From Octopus vulgaris (lineage: Eukaryota), in contig OX597831.1 of the NCBI GenBank assembly GCA_951406725.2, positions 47,864,001-47,928,000 on the forward strand: a DNA stretch of 64,000 nt, read 5' to 3'. The notes beneath the pieces are model-generated. The model was given only the letters and a program-made list of their open reading frames with translations, was not told the DNA's origin and made no database searches. Both the position numbers and the translations under genes were made by a program. Below, one piece after another: positions 26,350 through 38,628 of the stretch (its first letter is position 1; each line of letters begins with the position of its first letter).

Positions 26350-26911
26350 TGAGTTTTATTTAATAATCAGTTGATCTAGCAAGCGGGGCCTCATATCAGT
26401 GAGTGGGGGGCCGGTGGGCATTAATGCCATCGAGAGGTAGGCCCTGAAATGGTGCGCATTCTCTCCTAATGACCCCATACACTTGCTGGCTTCTGATATG
26501 TGGAGTTCTTGACTGGTAGCACTTGCATGTGCAAGTTGTTTGCAAGACATCATGACACTGGCAGAATATGGGACAAAATGAGTTACTTGAAGATTTTTAT
26601 GTTCAGAATTAAAATCCTAGTGTAGTCAGTTATACTGTTTTTGTTTTTTTTTTCCATCCAAGATTAATAAAATAAAGTACCAGTTATGTACTGGAGTTGG
26701 TATAATTAATTATACTATCTTCCCAGATTTGAAATGATGTGCCTATGTAAAAAACCAGTAACAATTGATTTCAGTACCTTTGCAGTCAACAGAGAAATAA
26801 CTATTTATTTGTGGAATCAGTAGAGCTTCAAATGAAGTGTTTTGTGGTATCTAGTTATGTATGTTTACATTGTTCTGAGTTCAAATGTTGCTGGGATTAA
26901 CTTTATTTCCC

Positions 26912-27151
26912 ATTGTTCTGGAATGATTAAAATAAAGTGCAAGGTGGTGCTCCAGCATGGCCACTGTTTTTTGACTGAAACAAGTAAACAGTAAAAGATA
27001 AAAGGTACCTGTCACATACTGCAGATGTTTAAATATCTCCCCCAACACCAAATAATAGCCGTGACCTTTATAAGTGTAGTTAGAAGTATCATCATTGTCA
27101 TCCTTGTTTTTACTTTCTCTTTTCTATGCTAGCATGGGTGAGAAGAGTATT
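26912..27151 (+). repeat. Copy 1 of a local inverted duplication (partner 29929-30179)
   Basis: Shared chimeric sequence ...ctgcagatgtttaaatatctcccccaacacc...ctagcatgggtgagaagagtatt. Confidence 0.88.
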
Positions 27152-27289
27152 TTGTTTTTGACACTGTGTATTATAGCCAGGTGCCATATCTTGCTGCCAG
27201 CTCTTTAGTCCCCTCTTACAACATACAGAGAGACAGTGTATCTATTTTAATAACTGAGATACTCACTCACAGCAACTAGGTACTTGATG

Positions 27290-27800
27290 TACTACATAGT
27301 ACCAGCATGTAAAAAGCACTTGTGCTGGAGCCACATAAAAGCACTTAGGTGGTGCCACATTAAAAGCACCCAGCACACACTGTAAAATGGTTGACGTAAG
27401 GAAGGGCATCGAGCCATAGAAACCATGCCGAATCAGACTGGAACCTGGTGTACAGCTCTCCAGCTTGCCAGCTCTGGTCAGACCGTCCAACCCATGCCAG
27501 CTTGGAAAACAGATGTTAAATAAAAGGCGGCGAGCTGGCAGAAACATTAGCGCAGCGGGCAAAATTCCTAGCGGTATTTTGTCTGCCAGTATGTTCTGAG
27601 TTCAAATTCTGCCGAGGTCAACTTTGCCTTTCATCCTTTCGGGGTCGATAAATTAAGTACCACTTATGCACTGGGGTCGATCTAATCAACTTGATCCCTT
27701 TGTCTGTCCTTGTTTGTCCTCTCTATGTTTAGCCCCTTGTGGGCAATACTAAAATAAGATGTTATATGATGATGAGGATGATGATGATGATGTTGATGAT
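27290..27800 (+). mobile_element. RTE 3' end with a family B SINE (27524-27757) inserted at its tail
   Basis: TSD-like agatgttaaat / agatgttatat flanks the B copy; (GAT)n tail resumes afterwards. Confidence 0.8.
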
Positions 27801-28776
27801 CATAAATGGGACGTTCCACAATCAAATTTCTGGAAATCTAAAACATAAATGATAAAATAAATGATAAAATAAAAGCCTAACATATTCCCTGTGCTATGAA
27901 GCTTTAAATAGACCCAACACCATAAGTTAATTTACAATATTATTAGATGTTCTACAACTGTAGAAAACACAACTGCCTGACATCCTATTGGAAATATTTA
28001 TTATAAACATTATTTATTATTCATGTACTACAATTTTACCACACTGAAGTGTGTTCTACTAATAGTCTAATAAATATTTGTTTTATCTTTTCTTACGAGC
28101 TATTGGGAGTGACACAAATTCATAAAGGTAGGAATTTAATTATCGTTGATGATGTAATATTTAGGGACTGACACGATTTTGGGATTGCCATTCAATATAT
28201 GAGCTTCTTGTCCATTGGAATTATTCTTTACATTAGAAACCACCACCACCACCACCACCACCACCATTACTACTACTACTTCTACATTATGCGATATAAA
28301 TTACATAATACAAAACATGTGACCATTAATTAGTTTGAATTACGAAACCTGGCATCCTATAAAACTCTGTTTGGCACCTTGTACAAGAACTAATTATCTT
28401 TTATGACGCATTTCAAGTATTGCAATTTTTAGAGAAATTCTTCAGATATTCCTCTTATTCTGTTTAATAAAGCCTTGCAATATCTTCTTCAATGAAGCCA
28501 TTATTTTATCTTCCCTCTCATTAATTAGATCTCTTATAGACATTACTGGATCTCTTTTTTGTTCGTAAATACAGATTTACATAGATATACATAACTGTAT
28601 ACATGCAATAATGCAAGCTTTTATCTGTCTATCTATCTATTTAATATACAATCTATGTACTCAAATTTACATGAATATATGCATGAATACATGAATTCAA
28701 GTTTATGCCCTTATATATATGTTCATGCAAACATACATACATCTTTGTATATATATACACACACACATACATACAG

Positions 28777-28807
<31 letters not shown>

Positions 28808-28964
28808 CCCATTTATAAATATATAAATATTTGCATATGTATATGTATACATACATACTTGTATATATACATATGTATGTATGTATGTATGCATGTATAT
28901 ACAAATGTATGTGCACATATGTGTGTCTATGTATATACATGTATATCATTTGGGTGTATGTATG

Positions 28965-29028
<64 letters not shown>

Positions 29029-29489
29029 TATGTATATATATATATATGTATATATTCTAATATTCATATAAATATACATGAAAAGGTGAATCTTAGAAAA
29101 TTAGAGCAATTATGCAAAAACTGGATATTTGTCTTCAATTAAGTTAAAGCAGCACAATTTTGAGTTAAACGCACTAAATCTAAACTAAAACGTTCACAAT
29201 ATTTTGTTGGCAAAAAAGGTAACATTTATGGTTTATATATACAAAAGGACCATTAAAATCCAAATTGCAAAATGTTAGAATGTAATATGTGAATAGCCAA
29301 AAGTAGAGCGTATCCATTAAATTAGAGCTGACAGGATGTAAAATGACAATTAGCTGCAACTTCTTTGGTTTCAGTGTTTTCCTCAATGCTTTGGGGTAAA
29401 GAGGAGACCAATAGGTGAAGCTCCACAGATTTGACAAAAGTCTCGGCAGAAGCTTTGAGCTCTACCTCTGATTACTGGAATGCAATACT

Positions 29490-29910
29490 TTTCTTATTTC
29501 TTTATTGCCCACAAGGGGCTAAACATAGAGGGGACAAACAAGGATAGACAAAGGGATTAAGACGATGACGTCAACCCCAGTGCGTAACTGGTACTTAATT
29601 TATCAATCCGAAAAGGATGAAAGGCAAAGTCAACCTCAGTGGAATTTGAACTCAGAATGTAACGGCAGATGAAATACCTATTTCTTTACCACCCAGAAGG
29701 GGCTAAACACAGCAAGGACAAACAAGGACAGACAAATGGATTAAGTCAATTATATCGACCCCAGTGTGTAACTGGTACTTATTTAATCGACCCTGAAAGG
29801 ATGAAAGGCAAAGTCGACCTCGGTGGAATTTGAACTCAGAACCTACTGGCAGATGAAATACCGCTAAGCATTTTGCCTGACATGCTAACGTTTCTGCCAG
29901 CTCGCCGCCT
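29490..29910 (-). mobile_element. Two tandem/nested SINE family B copies
   Basis: aaggatgaaaggcaaagtc..cctc..tggaatttgaactcagaa occurs twice. Confidence 0.88.
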
Positions 29911-29928
29911 TTCCTCCCCCATGCTAGC

Positions 29929-30179
29929 AATACTCTTCTCACCCATGCTAGAATAGAAAAGAGAAAGTAAAAACAATGATGACAATGATGATATTTCTAA
30001 CTACACTTATAAAGGTCACAGCTATTTTTTGGTGTTGGGGGAGATATTTAAACATCTGCAGTAAGTGATAGGTACCTGTTATCTTTTACTGTTTACTTTC
30101 TTTCGGAGAGGCACTGAGCAGAAGACAGTGGCTATGCTGGAGCACCACCTTGTACTTTATTTTATCATTCCAGAACAAT
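29929..30179 (-). repeat. Copy 2 of the local inverted duplication (partner 26912-27151)
   Basis: Reverse complement of 26912-27151 with scattered substitutions and one replaced segment. Confidence 0.88.
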
Positions 30180-31314
30180 ATAACTATATCTTGTTGATCA
30201 GGGGTTCCCAAAGTGGACAGTACTACTCCACATGGGAGTAGTGGGAAGATTCAGAAAGGTGTTGAAGAAAAGTGGGGTGATAATGGAGTAGCCAAAAGCA
30301 AGCTTCTTACCACACAGCCATGCCTCCACCTACACAAAACTTCTTCATATCAGAAAACTACACTTTGAACCACAAATAAGTTCTCTTCTTCTAGTCCTGT
30401 GACCAAATCAACTGCCTGTCATTGGCAAGAAGTTTGGTGCTGTATTGGGGGCTAGTCTGATGCGATCTTTGTTTTGATGTTCCCTATGCATGGTGGTCCT
30501 GCTTCTATCAACCCTAATGGATCTCTTCCACATAGTCAAACTTGTTATTTTCCTATGCAAAGGCCGCAGTCATTCATCTTGCTAGTGCTCCTTTTTCTGC
30601 CATATCATTCTAGCCCACATGATATCCCAAAGAGATTCTTTGATAGTGAATTCTTGGGACCACTGAGCTTTTCTAGTTATAATTTCTGTTGTACTTACCT
30701 CCCTTTGCTGAGTCCATGAGTAGTGGGGTTTTTTTTTTTGGGTGGGGGGCAGTAGTTATCTAGGAAATCTTTCCCATGATAGCAACACCAGTGTTTCCTG
30801 GAATAAAATACATACAATGTAAAAATTATGTAAGAACATTCGCTGAAAGGGTATTACTCAAATGTGTACAGACAATACATTTTGAGTTAAGTAGAATTCA
30901 CATCTTTGTCCATGCTCTTATACTTGTTATTCTACAGTAATCAGTCTAAAAATGAGATTCTTTACAGACTGTATGGAGCACAGCTGCCACATCTACTGTG
31001 TATAAAAATAATAAAATATTCAATTTTCCTTGCTATTCTAATTTTATGAAATGCACTTGTATATATGAATACAGAAATTCACATATTTATAATTCATAAA
31101 TGCACACACATATGCACATGTATCCATTCTTTTATTCTTATATATTTGAATAAATATATGAATGCAAGAATTCATGTAATTATGCATTTATATATTCATC
31201 CATCCATACATACATACATACATACACACACACACACCAAATATATCTATTCACACACACACACATATATGTGTGTATGTATACATATATGTGTGTATAT
31301 ATATGTGTGTGTAT

Positions 31315-31559
31315 ATCTTTTATCTTTTACTTGTTTCAGTCATTTGACTGTGGCCATGGTGGGGCACTGCCTAGGAGGGTTTTAGTTTAGCAAATTGACC
31401 CCCAAGACTTATGTTTGAAATCTAGTACTTATTCTATCAGTTGATTTTGCTGAAGCACTAAGTTACGGGAACATAAACACACCAACACCGGTCATCAAGC
31501 AGCGGTGGAGGACAAACACAAATGCAATGACACACATACATAGATATAAACACACACAA

Positions 31560-31593
<34 letters not shown>

Positions 31594-31750
31594 GATGGGC
31601 TTCTTTCAGTCCCCATCTACCAAATCCACTCATGAGGTTTTGGTCATGGGCTATTGCAGAGGACACTTGCCCAAGGTGCAAAGTAGTGGGACTGAACCCA
31701 GAACCATATGGTTGGGAAGCAAGCTTCTTACAATACAGCCACACCCGCAT
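31315..31750 (-). mobile_element. SINE family A (older subfamily)
   Basis: Consensus match with an older-type tail. Confidence 0.85.
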
Positions 31751-31799
31751 CTGTCCTCACCATACAGCCATACCTGCTATATATATATATATATATATA

Positions 31800-32090
31800 T
31801 CATCATCATTATCATCAATGTTTAACGTCCATTTTCCATGCTAGCATGGGTTGGACGGTTCGACCAGGGTCTCGGAAGCCAGGAGGCTGCACCAGGCTCC
31901 AGTCTGATCTGGCAGTGTTTCTACGGCTGGATGCCCTTCCTAACGCCAACAACTCCGAGAGTGTAGTGGGTGCTTTTTACGTGCCACCGGCACAGGTGCC
32001 AGGGGAGGCTGGCAGTGGCCATGATCGGTTGGTGTCTTTTACTTGCCACTAGCATGGAAGCCAGTCAAGGTGGTGCTGGCATTGGCCATA
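31800..32090 (-). mobile_element. RTE 3' end copy
   Basis: catcat..tttaacgtccattttccatgctagcatgggttggacgg...gtgccaccggcac. Confidence 0.88.
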
Positions 32091-32653
32091 TATATACATA
32101 TCAAAATATATATCTATCTATATATATATATGTCTGTATGTATATGTGCCTGTGCACATGGACAAATGGTTTGGGGTTTTGGGCACGTCTGGAGCTGCAT
32201 GCATAAGAAGATCAATTCACAATCACATGGTTTCAAATTTCAATGGACAGAGCTCATCAGCTGACCATAAGAGCATGGAGAGAACTACAACCAACATAGA
32301 TAAAATAACAATGGCATGCTGATTGCTGAGGCTTACATCAGCAGTAGATTGATAATGACAGTGGAAAATATACAAAATTAGTTTAGCAGCATTTACTCTG
32401 TTGCAAACCATTTTGGGGATGCATTCTCTATTTTAAGGATAATTTCTTCCCTTTCATCCATCAGTAAAAAAAGTAAAGGTGGATCAGGGATGCTGCACTT
32501 CTCTTTCTGACTAAGCATTAAAGTCCATCAAATAAAAAAACCTATAACACAAGCATGCACACACACATACATACGTACATACATATACAAAAGTACACAC
32601 ACACATATATATATTATATTATATTATATTATATTACATTATATTATATTATA

Positions 32654-32685
<32 letters not shown>

Positions 32686-32865
32686 GATATATACGTTTAT
32701 ATATTTGTTTTGCAAGATTCTTGATGTGAAATCGTGTGTTGAAACAGATGTTGTTGTATTTAGGAATGGTCATTTTGCCAGTTTAGCCAATAAAAACACA
32801 CGCACTATATATTTGGTGTTACTTTGCTTCAGCGTTATTTATTTTTTACATTAATCTTAATATTA

Positions 32866-32908
32866 TTTCGGTCAGAGTTCTTTTGTCACACTTCTGTGAC
32901 CTCATCAG
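32866..32908 (-). ncRNA. Hammerhead-ribozyme-like core in a PLE-type repeat (stem I not evident)
   Basis: Minus strand CTGATGA-GGTCA..TGACC-GAAA: canonical core plus 5 bp stem II. Confidence 0.45.
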
Positions 32909-33415
32909 TGGTCCTTTGCTTTCTTCTTTCTTATTTGTGTGCCTCTCCTTACTAACAGTCAGCTATTTTGTATTTTGTATTCCTATTGTATGTGTCTTCA
33001 TTTGCACATGCGTATACCTCTACGTGGTTAGTTAGTGTGTGTGGGGAAGTGCCTGTAATATTTGTTTATGTCTCCATAACTTAGCGTTTCAGCAAAAGAG
33101 ATCGACAGAATAATAAGTACTAGGCTTACAAAGAATGACTCCTGGGGTCAATTTGCTTGACTAAAGGCGGTGCTCCAGCATGGCAGCAGTCAAATGACTG
33201 AAACAAATAAAAGAGTAAAAGATATATATATATATATATATATGTACACACACACAAACTGATGGCTGATTATACAGACTCATGAAATGGTTATACAAAT
33301 CATATACATAATCACACACTGACACACAGACGTTCACATGCAGCTGCAATCACATGATTAGTTAGTTATAAAGAAAAAAACACACACACATACTTTCACT
33401 CTTTCTCCCTATCCT

Positions 33416-33449
<34 letters not shown>

Positions 33450-34031
33450 TTAGACACACTCACACAATCAGGTATACTTATTTTTATTGCTTATATAAGA
33501 TGAATGCTTAATAGGAAATGAGATTAATGCTGACAAAAACAGCATAAACAACAACAGCAGCCCCAGCACTGTAGCAACAACAAGAGGAGCAACAGCAACA
33601 AAAACAACAACAACAATAACAACAACAACAACAGCAAGAAGAACAACAATGCTAAAAACGGTGACCACGCTAATAACCGTGATTACAAAATCAAATTTTT
33701 ATGATAAATTAAGCTCGTAGTTTGACTGGCAGCTGCCAACAGTTTAGTTCGCTGTTGACATAAACTGTATTGCCATTGATACATCAAGACAAATAATTTG
33801 AAGAATTAAATGTTGATTACTTTTTGGCTTGGTGCAGGGCTGAGCATCCTGAGTGGGCTGGGAGCATGTGGAGAAGTTTGATTTGTTGGACTATCCCAGC
33901 AGATTTACAAAGATTTGAAATAGCTGAGTCAAGTAACAACAGCAAACCAACTTAGTTTGATCTTTATCAGAAGCAGCAAGGAGTTCTCATACGGAAAAGT
34001 TTCGCAATAAGACTAAATACATACAAATGTG

Positions 34032-34149
<118 letters not shown>

Positions 34150-34180
34150 CACCAACAGATACAGCACTGCCAACACCTGA

Positions 34181-34520
34181 GCATGGAGATATTTTGGTTG
34201 TTCTGGTAACAAGTTCAAGCAACAACTCTCTAACTACAGAACCTCCTTCAGTATACCAGAAAGGAGTTATGTTATATCATTAGCCAGCCATGTATGGCAG
34301 CTGAAAGATGATGGGATTCCATACACAATCTCATGGAGAATCATACAAAATCCAGGCCCCTACATAAACGGGACCAAGCATTGTAACTGGGCATATTGAA
34401 AAGGGCGAGGATACTAAAGACTCCCTTGACCTAGGGAACATCCTTAACTCCAGAACAGAAGTCTTTAGACTATGCTTGCATTCCAGGAAATTTCTGCTGG
34501 CCTTTATGATCGATAGACAA
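34181..34520 (+). pseudogene. Penelope-like element GIY-YIG endonuclease C-terminal fragment (frameshifted)
   Basis: [24 protein letters not shown]...SLASHVWQLKDDGIPYTISWRII..PY..GTKHCN / IEK...NILNSRTEVFRLCLHSRKFLL, matching the YIG..FK.R..H..SF..LS..IW.LK..W.II..C..C..EK..LN.R.E...C.H pattern. Confidence 0.8.
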
Positions 34521-35241
34521 AGGGAGACAATCCCTTGTTGTTGACATTGAATAGTGAGGCCTTTTCTTCCTCCATTTTCTAGAGAGGCCACTCCTAAAAG
34601 AGGTTACACACCAACAAGTTTGCCATCTGAGCATATGCCAAAATGCTAAGTGCTTTATGGACATGAAACCCAGAGTAATCCAATAAACCAGCCTTATCTA
34701 ACTTTATATGTGTGTGTATGTATGTATATATATTGTGTATATATATATATTATACATATTATTCTTTACATTTAAGATATAAGATATAAAATATAGTAAT
34801 ATATAAAGATACCAGTAATTATTATAAAAACATGAATATCTGTATATATATATGTATATATATATATATACCAAAATGTATAAGGGTAAATATCCTTTTA
34901 TATTTATATCGATTCCCTTAAAAAAGGGTGTCTATTCACAGTGAAATTTAGCCACGCAATGCATAGAGGTCATTAAAATGAGTTCCAGACAAAATAACAG
35001 GGCCAATATGATTAACTAAAACTCTTGAAAACAGTGGCCCTTCAAGGCCACAGTCTTAAACCAGTCAAGGAATAAAAGAATACTATTAAATACAAATAAA
35101 TAACATTTTACAACGTGTGTTTTCATACCATAATTTCCAATCCACTCAGTAAATATTGTAATTAGTGAAAAAGAAAAAGAATAATTCTTATTGTTGTTGT
35201 TGTTATTATCATCATTATCATTATTATGATTATTAATATTA

Positions 35242-35317
<76 letters not shown>

Positions 35318-35508
35318 TAAGACAGCCATTAACAATGGTGGGTTATAATAATGAGAAAATTAGCTGTTTAATAATAAACAAAATATGATAATAGCTTTTT
35401 ATTTCCCATGAAAATGTGATAATTGTATTTTGCAGTACACATGCACATGTACAAATTTGTGACTCATATATATATATATGTATGTATGTATATGTGTGTG
35501 TGTCTGTG

Positions 35509-35557
<49 letters not shown>

Positions 35558-35747
35558 GCATACATATTTATTTAGTTATTTCTTTTTACTGTTTCTGTGA
35601 GTTTGCTAAATGTAAGCAGCACAGTGTTGTATTCATGTTTCATTATATATTATAGATAAAATATTGGTTTTCTTGTTTTACAATTTATAATATGTAGATT
35701 CTAAGAATAATTAGAAATATTCAGTAGTTATTTTTCATCATTACATT

Positions 35748-35781
<34 letters not shown>

Positions 35782-35799
35782 ATTCTCTCATTACATATA

Positions 35800-36160
35800 T
35801 GGCAACGTCCACAATCGGTTGGCGCTTTTTATGTGCCACTGGCACAGATGCCAGTCAAGGTGGTGCTGGCATCAGCCACGTTTGGATGGTGTATTCTATG
35901 TGCCACTGGCACGGGTATCACAACTACAATTTCCATTTGATTTTTATTTTGATGTTGATATACTTGACTCAATAAGACTCCTCAAGCACAGCAGGTCACC
36001 CTATCATCCAAGGTAAGCACAGCAGGCCATCCTGTGAGCCATGAACTCACTTCATTTGTCAGGTCTTTGCAGTCACAGCATATCTCCAGAGGTCTCGGTC
36101 TGTTGTCATTGCCTCTGTGAGGCCCAATGTTTGAAGCCACCTCATCCCATGTCTTCCTGG
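35800..36160 (-). mobile_element. RTE LINE fragment (ORF end plus 3' UTR)
   Basis: gcctctgtgaggcccaatgtttgaag and cacctcatcccatgtcttcctgg shared with about 43990-44050. Confidence 0.8.
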
Positions 36161-37215
36161 TCTATATATATATATATATATTGAGAGTAGAATAGGCTTT
36201 GCTGAGGTGGTTTAATAACATAGAAACAAGAGTGTTGCTTCCACCAGTTGGCTTTGAAGACCAGATCTCTTTTAATATATTGCCTGATCAACCAGTATTT
36301 TTTGAGTTACCTGTCTTGATTTAAACATTCCTGCAGGGAGATTTTGGTCTACAAATCACTTGTCACAGTCATTATATTATCATTCACAAGGTCAACAATG
36401 ACATGCCATAATTACTCCAGATGTGTTTCATTGTCTCCAAATAAAATTCAGTATCTCAAATGTCTTTAATAGAATGATTTTTGTACAAAAGAACTGGAGG
36501 AATAGGCCATTTCAATCACTTTTGCAGGGCTTCTGGGACTGATAAGATTGATACAGTTAGTGTTCTTGAATAGCTGTCCAGAATATTTTGAACAGAATCA
36601 ATGCATTTCCCATTCATTGTTTAGAGTACACTTCAGGCTAATTTTCAAAACATAGGCAGCCTTAGAAGAAATTCTATTATTTATATATTGTAATATTCAG
36701 CCAAGGCTTGGAAATAATATACGTGGAATAGACATATAATACAAATATAAACTTTCCGTGGATTGCTAACATTTATGGATAGTCTTGTTCACTCTTTCCC
36801 CTACCTCTCCTCTCCCTCTCGTTTCCTCCTCTCGTCTTCCCCCCTGTCATCTTCTCCTTTCCCCAATCTTTTCATTGTTGTTGTTTCATCTCAAGTCGTC
36901 TCTGACCAAGGATAGTTATGATCAAAAGCACTTCAGTCATAACTGTCCCATCTTTCTCTTCCTACATGCTAGAAACCCAGGAACACATTATTTGATGTAT
37001 TTTTTTTCTGAGATACCCAGGTGGGATTTGAAGGAGACATGGCTGATATTTCTAGTGTGTAAAATTGACCACAGAAACACTCAATAGTCCAGTTACTCTA
37101 GTTATCTCCTATGGTTGATTAAATGTCTAAGAGATACTGCTCTCAATAACATCATTATTACGGAGATGCACTTGCATAGCAAGTGACCTGAGCTGAGATC
37201 ATGTGCTGAAGCAAA

Positions 37216-37399
37216 AACAATTGCAGCTTGGAAGGTGTTTGTAAGTCATTTAAAAACACACAAAAATCGTTAGATTCACTTCAACATTTAAATTTAATTT
37301 GTTAAAATACTTTTGGCAAATTAATTATTATTGCAGTGAATCTAACGGTTTTTGTGTGTTTTTAAATGACTTAAAAACTCCTTCTACACTGCAATTGTT
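37216..37399. repeat. Fold-back element, ~65 bp arms
   Basis: aacaattgcag..taagtcatttaaaaacacacaaaaatcgttagattcact / agtgaatctaacggtttttgtgtgtttttaaatgactta..ctgcaattgtt. Confidence 0.88.
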
Positions 37400-37741
37400 G
37401 GTTGTGCTTAAAATCATAATACTTCGGTCCATACTGCATTTTGATGAGTCTGATCTGTAAATGGGGTGAGGTATTTTATTCAGCGATCGGTATATAGCAT
37501 CAGACAAGATTTGAACTATGAACTTTCATAATTAAAAGTATTGAAATACTTATGCAATACATCCCTATATCATCATCATCATCATCATCGTCGTTTAACG
37601 TCCGTTCTCCATGCTAGCATGGGTTGGACGGTTCGACCGGGGTTCTGGGAAGCCAGAAGGCTGCACCATATATATATATATACTTGGAAATGGATGCGTG
37701 GTGTTTGATCATATAATAATATAAATAACATATATGTGTGT

Positions 37742-38050
37742 GAAGGTGCAATGGCCCAGTGGTTAGGGCAGTGGACTCGCAGTTGTAGGATTGTGGTTTC
37801 AATTTCCAGATCGGGCGTTGTGAGTGTTTATTGAGCAAAAACACCTAAAGCTCCATGAGGCTCCAGCAGGGGGTGGTGGCGATCCCTGCTGTACTCTTTC
37901 GCCAGAACTTTCTCTCATTCTTTCTTCTGTTGGCCTGCTCACTTAGCCAGTGAGGTGGCGTCATTTGAAGGCTAAAACAATGCGAAGCGCATTGTGACCA
38001 GCAATGTGTAGCAACATCTGATAGCCTGGTTGGTCATGGTGATCACAGTG
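37742..38050 (+). mobile_element. tRNA-headed SINE (family C-like head, distinct tail)
   Basis: tggcccagtggttagggcagtggactcgc (A box), ggtttcaatttcc (B box), ttgagcaaaaacacct core. Confidence 0.75.
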
Positions 38051-38074
38051 ATATATATACACCCACACATGTAC

Positions 38075-38306
38075 ATGCCTACATCTATATGTATATATAC
38101 ATGCATATATGGGTACAGGACTTCAAAAAAACATGAACAAAATGAGAAATGAGAATGTCTTGTTTCTCTATTTGTTTCTCTTGTTGTTCGAAAAATGTTT
38201 TCTTCCTATGCTTTTGTTTTTTCTGTTCTCGTTTCTCATTTTGTTCACACTTTTTTGACACCCTGTACCCTTATATGCATGTATATATACATATATATGT
38301 AGGCAT
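38075..38306. repeat. Fold-back of a dispersed PLE-like repeat
   Basis: atgcatatatgggtacagga..tgaacaaaatgagaaatgagaa / ttctcgtttctcattttgttca..cctgtacccttatatgcat; related single copies near 9780 and 47820. Confidence 0.8.
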
Positions 38307-38489
38307 ATACATATGTGTGTGTATACATGCATATATATTTGCATATATATATATATATATATATATATAACTTATTTATTATATATATATATATATCATG
38401 AAGTATATTTGCCACTTAAACGTGACTAACCCTTAAGGGTGGATGCTACTGTAGCTTGTAGCCCCAGGAAGACACCTCCTCCAGCTGGC

Positions 38490-38628
38490 TATTGATCACT
38501 ACAGGTGCTTCGATCCATCTAGCATTGATTCCTTGTGGGTGGGATATTGTATATGCAAACCAGTTGTGAGGTATCCTACCCACAAAGGATTGATGGTAGA
38601 TGGATCAAAATGACTGTAGTGATCAATA
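38490..38628. repeat. Fold-back element, ~57 bp arms
   Basis: tattgatcactacag..gatccatcta..ttgtgggtgggata / tatcctacccacaa..tagatggatc..ctgtagtgatcaata. Confidence 0.85.

Noticed and set aside
36185-36680. Possible LINE RT relic (LLNHLSKAYSTL resembling DLSKAFD)
   Set aside because: Single weak motif amid many stops; cannot be supported without a profile search
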